Below are positions 16,985 to 26,563 of a DNA stretch of 56,385 nucleotides, in pieces (positions within the stretch are counted from its first letter, which is position 1; the number at the start of each line of letters is the position of its first letter). The notes below the pieces were generated by a model. It made no database searches. It saw nothing but the letters and a program-made list of their open reading frames with translations, and was not told the origin of the DNA. A program made the translations under genes and the position numbers. The DNA is taken from assembly GCA_938091805.1 (NCBI GenBank), contig CALKGV010000040.1, positions 1 through 56,385 on the forward strand. Reading direction: 5' to 3'. The stretch is from an uncultured archaeon (lineage in GTDB: Archaea; Thermoproteota; Bathyarchaeia; Bathyarchaeales; DTEX01).

Positions 16985-17950
16985 ATGGTTAAAGTTTGCG
17001 TTTCCGGGGCGATAAACTGGGACATAAATCTCTTTGTTGATAGGTTCCCAGAAATAGGCGAGGAAATTCCGGTAAATAAGATTACTCGCGTGCCAGGTGG
17101 GAAAGCGGCTAACGTAGCGGTTGCATCCGCTAGGATTCTAGGTCATGATGAAGTTGCTTTAATTGGCTGTTTAGGCAGGGATGATATAGCTAGGCGGCAA
17201 ATTGAAATTTTAAGGGGCGAAGGTGTCATAGTATCTGGAATAAAATTTGATGATGAGTCTGAATCTGGTCAAGCTTATATAGTAATTGATAGGAATGGGC
17301 GGAACGTCATTAATACATTTTTTGGCGCCAATCTTAAACTCGCGCCAAGCGATCTTTATGCTCCACATATTTTTGATTTAATTCGCAATTCCTCAATCTT
17401 CGTTTTAATCGATCCGCCGCTTGAAACCATAGAATCTGCCTCAAAAATGGCTAGAAGCCTCAATAAGATTGTTATGTGGGATGCTGGCGTGAGAAGCGCA
17501 TTGGGGTTAGAAAGGCTTAAGGAGGTTCTAAGCAATGTTGACTATTTAGTGGTTAATGAGGTTGAGGTTAAAAACTTGACTGGGGAGCATAGTCCGGAGA
17601 AGGCTTGGGAAAAGCTTTCGGAAATGAATGGGGACTTACGCCTTATCGTTAAACTTGGCAGTAGGGGCTGCATGTTAATCGATCAGAGGAGAATCGTTAT
17701 GGTTCCGGGGGTGGACTTGAAAGAAATAGGGCTGAATGTTGTTAACACAGTGGGTTGTGGAGATGCTTTTCTAGGAGTCTTCGCAGCGTATAAAGTCTTA
17801 GGGTTAAGCGACCTGGAGGCGTTGGAGATGGCTAACTTAGCTGGAGCCCTAAAGGCTACTAAAGCTGAAACTAGGGGGAGCCCGTCGAGGGAAAACCTTG
17901 AAAAATACATCGCATATAAGAAGGCTGGAATATTTATTAGAAAGGAATAG
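16985..17950 (+). CDS. PfkB/ribokinase-family sugar kinase
   Basis: PGGKAANVAVA and NTVGCGDAFLG (anion-hole/catalytic Asp) motifs. AAGGTG SD. Confidence 0.85.
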   Translation: MVKVCVSGAINWDINLFVDRFPEIGEEIPVNKITRVPGGKAANVAVASARILGHDEVALIGCLGRDDIARRQIEILRGEGVIVSGIKFDDESESGQAYIVIDRNGRNVINTFFGANLKLAPSDLYAPHIFDLIRNSSIFVLIDPPLETIESASKMARSLNKIVMWDAGVRSALGLERLKEVLSNVDYLVVNEVEVKNLTGEHSPEKAWEKLSEMNGDLRLIVKLGSRGCMLIDQRRIVMVPGVDLKEIGLNVVNTVGCGDAFLGVFAAYKVLGLSDLEALEMANLAGALKATKAETRGSPSRENLEKYIAYKKAGIFIRKE

Positions 17951-18051
17951 AAGACTCGTTTTCTCTAAAGTTGCTGATGAGGTTAAGCAAAAAGCTCTTA
18001 TTTGAACTAATCATTTTTTCATATTGCTTATTAATCCTGTGGTGAGGTTTG

Positions 18052-18252
18052 ATGGTTAGAAAGGCCTGTCCAAATATGGAGGCTAATTTGAGAGATTGTC
18101 CATGCACATATCCATGCGACATTAAAGGTAAATGTTGCGAATGCATACTCCAACATAGAAAACACGGCGAACTTCCAGCATGCTACTTCCCGCCTGAGGT
18201 TGAAAGAACATACGATAGATCTATAAAAAGATTTATTTCATTATATAAGTGA
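18052..18252 (+). CDS. small cysteine-rich protein (8 Cys), function unknown
   Basis: MVRKACPNMEANLRDCPCTYPCDIKGKCCECILQHRKHGELPACYF…. GGTGAGG SD before the ATG. Probable metal or Fe-S binder. Confidence 0.55.
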   Translation: MVRKACPNMEANLRDCPCTYPCDIKGKCCECILQHRKHGELPACYFPPEVERTYDRSIKRFISLYK

Positions 18253-18513
18253 TGTCCTCCACCTCTTTTCATGCAGATGTTTAATGGTGAAATGAAGCAG
18301 GCGAATCGATTTAATAACCCCTATTTTTTAAAAATTATTACGTCGATTTCTTGCAGAATAGGAATTAATGAATTTCCCAAACCTTTTTATCAACTTAAAT
18401 GCGGAAAATGCGCTATTGCTAAATATTCAGTCATCATTATACAATGAATGTTGTGGCGCATCAAATTTAAATACTGTAGATCTTTAAAACAATCTTCAGA
18501 GGGCGGATAAGTT

Positions 18514-19194
18514 TTGAGGAAATGCACCCTAGCACTTACAATTTTGCTTCCAATAGTTTTCCTGACGGGCTTAGTGCTTGGAAACCTTATAGGTACATAT
18601 CAAGCGAATGGGCAGATGGGAAAAATGAAAGCCGAACTGGATCAAAAAGAAAAATACATAAATAACCTTCAGAGATGGCTGGAGGGTAACATATCGTCTT
18701 ACGAAGCTGAAATTTCTTCTCTTCAAGGCGTAATTTCCGGTTTGAAAGAAAAGATTAAGGTTGAGATTTTAGGGATTTATTTTTCACCTAAGGGTGGATG
18801 CAGGGACGTAATCATTAGCTGGATAAGGAGCGCGAATAAGTCGATCCATGTGCTTATCTACAGTTTCACGCTTGACTCGATAGCTGAAGAACTAATTGAC
18901 GCTTATAAACGTGGTGTGGATGTCAAAGTTCTATTCGAGAAGAGCCAAATAAGCGTATATAGCGAATACATTAGGCTCAAAGAAGCCGGCGTTCCAGTGC
19001 GCAATGACACAAACCCGGACTTTATGCACAACAAAGTTATGATTATAGACGGAGAAATAGTTTTTACTGGAAGCTACAATTGGTCTAAAAGCGCTGAGGA
19101 AGATAACGACGAGAACCTTATAATAATAAAAAGTATGGAAATTGCTGATAAATATGAGGAAAAATTTAAAGAGATTTGGAATAAAGGCGTTTAA
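18514..19194 (+). CDS. membrane-anchored single-HKD phospholipase D-family protein (Nuc-like nuclease type)
   Basis: N-terminal TM (LALTILLPIVFLTGLVLG), then a coiled coil, then the HKD motif HNKVMIIDGEIVFTGSYNWSKSAEEDNDEN. TTG start after GAGGGCGG. Confidence 0.8.
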   Translation: MRKCTLALTILLPIVFLTGLVLGNLIGTYQANGQMGKMKAELDQKEKYINNLQRWLEGNISSYEAEISSLQGVISGLKEKIKVEILGIYFSPKGGCRDVIISWIRSANKSIHVLIYSFTLDSIAEELIDAYKRGVDVKVLFEKSQISVYSEYIRLKEAGVPVRNDTNPDFMHNKVMIIDGEIVFTGSYNWSKSAEEDNDENLIIIKSMEIADKYEEKFKEIWNKGV

Positions 19195-19198
19195 CCGC

Positions 19199-20989
19199 TT
19201 AGGCGGGATGCCCAAGCATATATTTCCTTCCCATCGCTGAAATTATCTCATTTAGTGTTTCAATTTCTTCAACGCTCAGTTTATCCCTAAATTTCGTGAG
19301 AAGCACCTTAGCGTGCTGCTCTGGAACTAGAACGTAAAGTGCATCGCCCTCATTAAAATGTCGTCCTACAATGGACCTATCTATCGAGATTGCAACTTGT
19401 TTTCCCACTTCTGCGTATGAAAGCGTCTCTCCCTTAAACTGTATCTGCAGTATTTCACCTATATCTTTCCCATCGCTTGTCATAAGATGAACTTTTGGCT
19501 TAATCTGTCCGGCTAGAACTTCAACGCCAACTATGGCGGGCTTAGATCTTCTGAATATATAGCCTGGTAAGACCCTTATTTTAGCTGGCTTTACAAGTCC
19601 ATCAAACTCGCTTCTTTCACGAGATTCTTTCTCGCTTTTCATCCATTTTAGGTATTCATCAACAAGATGGTAAATTATGTTATGTCTGAAGATCGGCACT
19701 CCATGATTTTTCGCTTCCTCCTCAGCGTCCGGAAGAACTTTCACGTTAAATGCTAAGATAACCCCGTAAAGCGACTCTTTCTCCTTGACGATGATGGCCT
19801 CCGTCACATCTCTCTTAGATACGTCGCCCACATCAGCCAAGCGTACTGGCACACCATTTCTGCTGAGGCTTTCTACTATGGCCTCTAGGGAGCCTAGCGC
19901 GTCGGCCTTAAGGACAACGCCCTCAATTTCCGTTGATACGCGAACTTTTTGAATGTCCTCCGCAACTTCCCTCACATATTCCCCTATTTTCTCCTCTGAA
20001 GGAACAACGTAGATTGGCGCGCCGGCTATTGCATCCTCCAGGTTTGGAGCAGCAATTTTTACGCCGGCAGCCGCCACAACCTCATTGACTGATGAAAATT
20101 TCTCTCTCGGATCCCTTATTTCATCTAGTGGTTTAGGCATTAATATTGCACGAATAGTTGTCACAATAGGCTTTTCTTTTCCACCTAGAACTATTACATC
20201 GCCCTTTCTCAGAACCCCATCATAGATTATTGCGTTGATTGTTACACCCAACCCAACTTCCTCCTTCACTTCAAGAACCGTGCCTTTAGCCGGTCCGCTG
20301 GTCGTTTGCAACCTTTTTCGAAGATACTGATATGTTAAGCCGGCTAAAACAGCTATTAGTTCCGGTATCCCCTCACCCGTCTTGGCGCTGGTTGGGATCA
20401 ACGCGATTGTTTTTGTGAAATCCGTTATCTTATCAAATCTATCAGCCCTTAACGATAACTCTGAGAATTTACCAATGATCCTATACAGATGTTCATCTAA
20501 CTCTTGTCTCACGTGATGGCCCTGATTCTTATAGGATTCTAAGAATGGGGAATTAGGATACGATTTCCAGCCTGGTATACGATCAATCTTGTTTACAGCT
20601 ACTAGAAAAGGCGTTTTCCTAGACTTCAGCATTTCAATAATCTCGTATGTTTGGGCTTCAAATCCTTTCAAAGCATCAATTACAAGTATGGCTATATCGG
20701 CTATTCCGCCGCCCCTGCGCCTTAGATTTGCAAATATTTCATGTCCTGGAGTATCAATAACAAGGAGCCCAGGTATCTTGATTTCGCCGCCACCGATCAT
20801 TTTAAAGAAAGGTCCGGCGATTCTCTCAAGCGTCTCCATTGGAAAGAAGCTTGCACCAATATGCTGCGTCATCCCTCCGACTTCGCGGGCCTGAACGCTG
20901 CTCTTACGGATCTGATCAAGTAGAAGAGTCTTCCCAGTGTCCACATGGCCAAGAACGCATACGATTGGCTGTCTGATCCGCACTTCCAT
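19199..20989 (-). CDS. infB: translation initiation factor aIF5B (IF-2 homologue)
   Basis: GTPase motifs GHVDTGKT, DTPGHE, NKID. Start taken at ATG 20989 after GGAGTGA; the ORF opens at TTG 21013. Confidence 0.93.
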   Translation of the reverse strand: MEVRIRQPIVCVLGHVDTGKTLLLDQIRKSSVQAREVGGMTQHIGASFFPMETLERIAGPFFKMIGGGEIKIPGLLVIDTPGHEIFANLRRRGGGIADIAILVIDALKGFEAQTYEIIEMLKSRKTPFLVAVNKIDRIPGWKSYPNSPFLESYKNQGHHVRQELDEHLYRIIGKFSELSLRADRFDKITDFTKTIALIPTSAKTGEGIPELIAVLAGLTYQYLRKRLQTTSGPAKGTVLEVKEEVGLGVTINAIIYDGVLRKGDVIVLGGKEKPIVTTIRAILMPKPLDEIRDPREKFSSVNEVVAAAGVKIAAPNLEDAIAGAPIYVVPSEEKIGEYVREVAEDIQKVRVSTEIEGVVLKADALGSLEAIVESLSRNGVPVRLADVGDVSKRDVTEAIIVKEKESLYGVILAFNVKVLPDAEEEAKNHGVPIFRHNIIYHLVDEYLKWMKSEKESRERSEFDGLVKPAKIRVLPGYIFRRSKPAIVGVEVLAGQIKPKVHLMTSDGKDIGEILQIQFKGETLSYAEVGKQVAISIDRSIVGRHFNEGDALYVLVPEQHAKVLLTKFRDKLSVEEIETLNEIISAMGRKYMLGHPA

Positions 20990-21147
20990 CTTCGAATCAC
21001 TCCGCTGAACCAAGCGATAGAAAGCCTACCTTCAATGTCAACCATGAATGAACTATAAACCTATATAAGCGATACCCTTCTACGCCACTAGTTTCTCTTA
21101 CGCTGTTAGGTGATTTCAGAATTAATGAAGCATTTAGACGCTGTTTC

Positions 21148-22236
21148 TCACGAGGCTGCCTTTAATATGTATTCCCAATCTACGTTTTTCTTAACTAGGT
21201 TTATTGCAGCATTTATCCTCCTTGGGTCACCGGGCTTTATTCTGCCAATTATCTTCTGAACATGCTGTAATGTTGTGTATGTGTCGTATGGCACAATTAT
21301 CAGCGGAATTTTTAGACGATCCGCTTTTGGAAAGACCTTTGCGCTTGGATAAAGATTGCCGGTTAATATTATGGCTGAGACCCCGGTTTCCAGAGCTGTC
21401 AAAATTATGTCTGAGCGGTCCCCTCCGGTGATCACAAGTTCATTCGTTACCTTTCGGAAGTATTTAGCGGCGCTTTCAGGGGTCATGGCGCCTATAAGGA
21501 TTGTGTCAATTAGATTATCTAGACCATCTTCGCCAGCCAAAACCTCCCCACCTATGAAATCGCAGACTTCACCAGCGGTTAATGCGCTTAAACCCTTATC
21601 TTCTGGGATTAAACCTAAAACTTTTACTCCCTGTCTCTCAATGAAGGGCTTAATTATTTTTTCAACCCTGTCTATAGCATCCCATGATATGCGGTTTAAT
21701 ATGACGCCGAAGAGTTTCACATCCCACCTAGAGCAATATTCTTGAGCTTGGAGGATTTCATCAACGATGAAATCGTCTTTAAACTTTAAAACCAGCAGCA
21801 CCTTCGCATTAAAGTCTCTTGCAAGTTTTGGAACTGGGCATCCGAGAAAAGCGCCGATTGAAAGTGCGCGTGGTCCCTCTATGAGCATCATGTCTTTGCC
21901 GTTAGAGACTTCTCTGTAAGATTTGAGCACGCTTTCGACACATCGGGAAACATCAAGATTAAGAAAGTCTTTGAGAAAATGATCCCTTTTGAGCGTGAAG
22001 GGACATAAAATATTATATTCCGCCTTTAGACCAAGTATTCTTCTCATAACTTCTATATCTTCATCTATGCCTTCTCTTCCATGAAATAGCGAGGTTTCCA
22101 GGCTGATGGGCTTGAAATATCCGATTTTCTCGCCGCTTTCCTTAGCTATTGAGGCCAATGATATTGCTATAACACTTTTTCCAGCCGCTTCCTCGGTTGA
22201 GGTAATATATATTGATTTTTTAACCAATTCTCTCAA
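21148..22236 (-). CDS. stand-alone Pta N-terminal-like protein (BioD-like P-loop domain + DRTGG domain)
   Basis: IYITSTEEAAGKSVIAISLA…GYFKPI resembles the N-terminus of class II phosphotransacetylase. The DRTGG-type segment is ITGGDRSDIILTALETGVSAIILTG. Begins 10 nt downstream of acd; TTG 22236 or TTG 22227. Confidence 0.75.
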   Translation of the reverse strand: MRELVKKSIYITSTEEAAGKSVIAISLASIAKESGEKIGYFKPISLETSLFHGREGIDEDIEVMRRILGLKAEYNILCPFTLKRDHFLKDFLNLDVSRCVESVLKSYREVSNGKDMMLIEGPRALSIGAFLGCPVPKLARDFNAKVLLVLKFKDDFIVDEILQAQEYCSRWDVKLFGVILNRISWDAIDRVEKIIKPFIERQGVKVLGLIPEDKGLSALTAGEVCDFIGGEVLAGEDGLDNLIDTILIGAMTPESAAKYFRKVTNELVITGGDRSDIILTALETGVSAIILTGNLYPSAKVFPKADRLKIPLIIVPYDTYTTLQHVQKIIGRIKPGDPRRINAAINLVKKNVDWEYILKAAS

Positions 22237-22245
22237 ACCCCTAAT

Positions 22246-24351
22246 CTATAATTTATGTGCAATTGTTATTCTTATATCTACCCCAACGCAACCCCTTCCT
22301 TTTTCATAAACAAACAAGGGGTTAATCTCCATTTCGGATATCTCCTCAAAGCGAATTATGATCTGCGATATTTTAAGCATAACATCAACTATAGAGCTTA
22401 TGTCTGATGGCGGTTCACCCCTAACGCCTCTGAGAAGCGCATATGCTCTTGTCTCCTCAATCATCTCAGCAGCCTCGCTTCTTGTTAAAGGACATAAGCG
22501 GTAGGATACGTCTCTTAGAAAGTTAACATATATGCCGCCTAAACCAAACATGATTAGCGGACCAAACTGCCTATCTCTAACGGCTCCCACAATTGTCTCC
22601 TTACCGGATGGAACCATCTCCTGGACTAAGACGCCAGTTATATTTGCATTCGGCATCGCTATTCGACCCCTTCTAACTAAATTCTCATAGCTTTCTTCAG
22701 CCTCAGCGCGGCTTTTAACCCCTAATATTACACCGCCAATATCCGTCTTATGCAGTATATCTCGTGAAACAATCTTCATGGCGACGGGATAACCGATCTT
22801 TTCAGCAAATTCTCCAGCCTCCTCTTTATTTCTCGCTATTGCTGCTTTAGGCATGGGTATGCCGGCGGCCTCAGCCACTTTTATGCATTCATCTATTGCA
22901 AGCGCCAGACGCCCCTCAAACCTTGCGTTGTCAATTACATTCCTAATTTCCTCCTCATTAATCTCTATTTTTACAATGTGCTCCTCAAGTGGCGAATTAA
23001 GTATCAAGCTGTAATCATACATAGATTTAAACGTGTAAACTGCAGGCTCTGGAAAAGCATAGTTTGGTATTTTATTCTTCTTAAGCGTTCTAATGGCTGC
23101 CGAGCTATCATCAAGTCCCATGAAGGAGGCGAGGATAGGCTTATTGGAAAACCTTCCAACCTCCACAATTGCCTCAGCAATCTTATCGCATGGCGTTATG
23201 GCTTGCGGGGTCAAAATAACAATTAACCCATCTACGTTATTACTTTTTAAACCAGCCTCCAAGGCAAGTTTATACCGGTTTTCGTCAGCATCACCTAAAA
23301 CATCCAAAGGATTATTTAGGCTGGAGTGAGGAGGCATAAGATGCTGAAGATGAGCCCTAATTTCATACTCCAATAATGGTAGTTCAAGACCCATTTTCTC
23401 GCAAGCATCAGCAGCTAATATTCCAGGTCCGCCGCCGTTTGTGACTATGAGAACCCTCTTCCCCCCAGGAATGGGCTGCGAGCCGAAAGCTAGGACAAGG
23501 TTAAATAATTCTTCAAGGGTGTTAACCCTTATTATTCCAGATTTTCTGAAGGCGGCTGAAAAAGCCACATCTGAGCCTGCTAATGAACCCGTATGCGATG
23601 AGACAGCCCTAACACCAGCGTCCGTTGTGCCGGCTTTTATGGCTATTACTGGCTTTTTCCTAGTTACTCTCTTTGCAACATCGATGAACCTTCTTCCGTC
23701 CTTAACACCCTCGATATAAAGCCCAATAACCCTTGTTTCCTCATCATTTCCTAAGGCTTCGATGAAATCCGCTGCATTTAAGTCAGCCTCGTTCCCTAAG
23801 CTTATAAATTTGGTGAATCCAATATCATTTCTGATGGCCCAGTTCAATATGGCGCTTCCAAGCGCCCCGCTCTGAGATACGATGGCTATATTTCCAGGTA
23901 GAGGCATAGTTGGCGCAAAGGATGCGTTTACGCGGCTTTGCGTGCTTATGATCCCCAAGCAGTTTGGCCCCTGCATTCTCATGCCGTATTTTCTGCACGT
24001 CTCAATGACTTCTTTCTCTAGAAGCGTCCCTTCCCTTCCCGTTTCGCTAAAGCCTGCTGAAATTACAACCATCCCCCTAACCCCTTTTTGCCCGCATTCT
24101 TCAGCAACTAAAGGCACAACTTTTGCTGGAACAACTATTACAGCCAAATCAACGTCTTCAGGCACGTCCTTAACGCTCTTATAGCATCTGAAACCTAAAA
24201 GTTCCTCAGCGCTCGGGTTTATTGGGTATAATCTTCCCTTAAAACCCGCTTCAACAAGATTTCTAAAGACCCTGTGGCCTACCTTCCAAGGTTCTCTGCT
24301 GGCTCCGATGACCGCTATGGATTTTGGATTAAAGAAGGCGTTCAGGTTCAT
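22246..24351 (-). CDS. acd: acetate--CoA ligase (ADP-forming), fused alpha/beta subunits
   Basis: CoA-binding N-terminus (IAVIGASREPWKVGH), phosphohistidine loop SSHTGSLAGSD, and a C-terminal ATP-grasp (GYPVAMKIVSRDILHKTDIGGV). TATATAAA box lies about 20 nt upstream. Confidence 0.9.
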   Translation of the reverse strand: MNLNAFFNPKSIAVIGASREPWKVGHRVFRNLVEAGFKGRLYPINPSAEELLGFRCYKSVKDVPEDVDLAVIVVPAKVVPLVAEECGQKGVRGMVVISAGFSETGREGTLLEKEVIETCRKYGMRMQGPNCLGIISTQSRVNASFAPTMPLPGNIAIVSQSGALGSAILNWAIRNDIGFTKFISLGNEADLNAADFIEALGNDEETRVIGLYIEGVKDGRRFIDVAKRVTRKKPVIAIKAGTTDAGVRAVSSHTGSLAGSDVAFSAAFRKSGIIRVNTLEELFNLVLAFGSQPIPGGKRVLIVTNGGGPGILAADACEKMGLELPLLEYEIRAHLQHLMPPHSSLNNPLDVLGDADENRYKLALEAGLKSNNVDGLIVILTPQAITPCDKIAEAIVEVGRFSNKPILASFMGLDDSSAAIRTLKKNKIPNYAFPEPAVYTFKSMYDYSLILNSPLEEHIVKIEINEEEIRNVIDNARFEGRLALAIDECIKVAEAAGIPMPKAAIARNKEEAGEFAEKIGYPVAMKIVSRDILHKTDIGGVILGVKSRAEAEESYENLVRRGRIAMPNANITGVLVQEMVPSGKETIVGAVRDRQFGPLIMFGLGGIYVNFLRDVSYRLCPLTRSEAAEMIEETRAYALLRGVRGEPPSDISSIVDVMLKISQIIIRFEEISEMEINPLFVYEKGRGCVGVDIRITIAHKL

Positions 24352-24489
24352 ACGCCGCCCTCATAAGTCTTTATATACGTAGCTCCTAAAGTTTATTGTT
24401 GAATATAAATCTCTGAAAGGATAGCTTTCACTAAAGTTTTTCTGAGAATTAATTGGCTTAAATAAACTCTTAAGTGCCAATTTTGGAGC

Positions 24490-25095
24490 TTACTGAGGTT
24501 TATCCTTAAAATCAGATAATATCTTCTCTTTAACCATCTCAAAGTGTTCTGGAAGTTTTTGAGGCGGAAGGTTTCTTGATAAATATTCGGAGAACATTCT
24601 TGAGTATTTATCTGCGTCTTCAGAATATAGCATCTCAGCATATCTGGCTATATGTTCCCCACGTATACGTGCTTCATCAGGTAGGATGGACTCATCATGC
24701 GTAACTTCAATACCTGCGTCAACAAGCCCCTTCATCGCAGCGAAGACTCCGGCGCCGCGAGATGGTGTATGCAAGTCTATATCTAATATGGCCTTCCTAA
24801 TGCCCTTGCATGCAGCCCTTAAGCCGCATAGGAGCCCAGTTAAGTATGCTGCTGGAAGATTGTTTAGGCTGCCAAGCCAGCCATATTTCTTTCTAAGCTC
24901 GATGGAATGTGCCGATGTTATAACTATGTCGCCTATAACAGTTGCATTAATAACTTGAGTAATTATGTTTCTCCCAGTTTTTCTAATGACAAGTCTAGGT
25001 AACTTAGAGATTATGAGTTTCTTCCTAAGCCTATAGTCCGTTTTGCCTTCCCTACGTCTCCTGAATGGAACATTGTAAGCCGGACCTTTAGCCAT
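24490..25095 (-). CDS. rpl18: 50S ribosomal protein L18 (uL18)
   Basis: MAKGPAYNVPFRRRREGKTDYRLRKKL…. TAATG overlap with L19e. Confidence 0.93.
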   Translation of the reverse strand: MAKGPAYNVPFRRRREGKTDYRLRKKLIISKLPRLVIRKTGRNIITQVINATVIGDIVITSAHSIELRKKYGWLGSLNNLPAAYLTGLLCGLRAACKGIRKAILDIDLHTPSRGAGVFAAMKGLVDAGIEVTHDESILPDEARIRGEHIARYAEMLYSEDADKYSRMFSEYLSRNLPPQKLPEHFEMVKEKILSDFKDKPQ

Positions 25096-25547
25096 TATCG
25101 TCTCCTCCTAAGCCCATGGACCTCAATGTAGCGATGCAGATCCGCTATTGATTCAAAGACTCCGCTTTTAGCTTTCAAGTATAGCTGCCTGTAAACCCTA
25201 GTTGATATCGCGCGATTTTCCTTAAGTTCGCGAAGTCTCCCTCTTAAGGCTCTGATTTTCTCAACCCAAAGCCTATTCGAATCAGTCCTAGTTTTTCTTG
25301 AACCGCTTCTGCTGCCTACGCCTCTTCGTTTTCCTCTTCTTTTCTTTTTGTGGATTATGCTTGCGCGAGCTCTACTGATCCCTTTCTCTTTAGATTTCCT
25401 TATGACTCCTTCATGGATTAGTCTTCGTATGTCCTCCCTAGTTATTGCAGCCTCAACGTCCTCCATTCTCTCAGGGTTTATCCAAACTCTCTCTTCACCA
25501 ACTCCGAGAATTTCAGCAGCCATCCTTCGCTGGCTTCTTAAACTCAA
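25095..25547 (-). CDS. rpl19e: 50S ribosomal protein L19e
   Basis: SLRSQRRMAAEILGVGEERVWINP…IHKKKRRGKRRG. Confidence 0.93.
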   Translation of the reverse strand: MSLRSQRRMAAEILGVGEERVWINPERMEDVEAAITREDIRRLIHEGVIRKSKEKGISRARASIIHKKKRRGKRRGVGSRSGSRKTRTDSNRLWVEKIRALRGRLRELKENRAISTRVYRQLYLKAKSGVFESIADLHRYIEVHGLRRRR

Positions 25548-25569
25548 AATTTACACCTCCATAAGATAC

Positions 25570-25989
25570 CTAGGCTTTAGATGCTTCTTTAATTTCAATT
25601 GCTCCTGGATTTAGGACGCGTATTCCAAGATCCTTAGCTCTATTAAGTATTTCAGCTCTCTTTTTTGCTCCTACTGTGTGAGCTATTCTTACTGCCTCAG
25701 TTTTCGCATCTATCTCATTTAAGTCGTCAACATTATAAATTATAACTTCTTTAAAGGCTGAGGGATGTAGATTCCGAGCTAACTTTGGGCCTCTATAACC
25801 AACTTTCACTTTCAGCGGCCAACCTTTAACATCCTTACGCATTTTACTATCCAAGCCTCTCGGTTTCCTCCAGTTTTCCTTAACACGCTTATAGCGCCAA
25901 CTTTCTTGACGGTGGAATTCTGGTTTTTTCTTCTTCACCATTTTCCTTTTCTCGACGAGATTCTGTAGGCTTGAATCCTCAGAACTCAT
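25570..25989 (-). CDS. rpl32e: 50S ribosomal protein L32e
   Basis: KKKPEFHRQESWRYKRVKENWRKPRGLDSKMR. The start may lie at an internal Met. Confidence 0.9.
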   Translation of the reverse strand: MSSEDSSLQNLVEKRKMVKKKKPEFHRQESWRYKRVKENWRKPRGLDSKMRKDVKGWPLKVKVGYRGPKLARNLHPSAFKEVIIYNVDDLNEIDAKTEAVRIAHTVGAKKRAEILNRAKDLGIRVLNPGAIEIKEASKA

Positions 25990-26531
25990 TCAGCCATGCC
26001 CTCCGTCTTCTCATAAACATATATCCCATCTAGGAACCTTCGAGGATCCCTATTTTTTATCCTTGTTGCCTGCTCTATATTTGCAGCTGTCTGACTGACA
26101 TCTTCAATATTTATTCCCTGAATAATCACATCGTCGCCTTTAACTGAGACTTTGACGTCGCCGATTATTTTAGCGGTTCTTGGCGACCTTTCGCCCATAA
26201 AATTTTCTATAATAATTTTATTACCGTTTACTTTAACCGATATTGGAAAATGAGCGTAGACAATCTTAAGTTTATATGTAAAGCCCTCTTTTACACCTCT
26301 AATCATGTTCTTAATATGCGCGTATGCAGTGCCCACGCACGCTCTCTCTTTTCTTCTAGTCCAGAAGGTTGAAACCTCGATTTCATCACCCAATAACTGA
26401 ATTGATATGGGGAGGCTCGAAAAATCTCTAAATAATCTTCCTTTTTCACCTATAACCTCCACTACTTTTCCATTAATATTAACTTTTACTCCATCCGGGA
26501 TCTTTACTCTTCTAACCTCAGCCTCACGCAT
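25986..26531 (-). CDS. rpl6: 50S ribosomal protein L6 (uL6)
   Basis: Two-domain L6 pattern (VKIPDGVKVNINGKVVEVIGEKG…YAHFPISVKV) in the expected operon position. Confidence 0.92.
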   Translation of the reverse strand: MREAEVRRVKIPDGVKVNINGKVVEVIGEKGRLFRDFSSLPISIQLLGDEIEVSTFWTRRKERACVGTAYAHIKNMIRGVKEGFTYKLKIVYAHFPISVKVNGNKIIIENFMGERSPRTAKIIGDVKVSVKGDDVIIQGINIEDVSQTAANIEQATRIKNRDPRRFLDGIYVYEKTEGMAE

Positions 26532-26563
26532 CCAGCTAATCCCTCAGTTTAAGACGTAAATGT

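Noticed and set aside
18271-18447. 58-aa ORF (MQMFNGEMKQ…KCGKCAIAKYSVIIIQ) in the AT-rich gap before the PLD gene.
   Set aside because: No SD or TATA at a suitable distance, only one CxxC, and low-complexity AT-driven codons. There is not enough evidence to call a gene.
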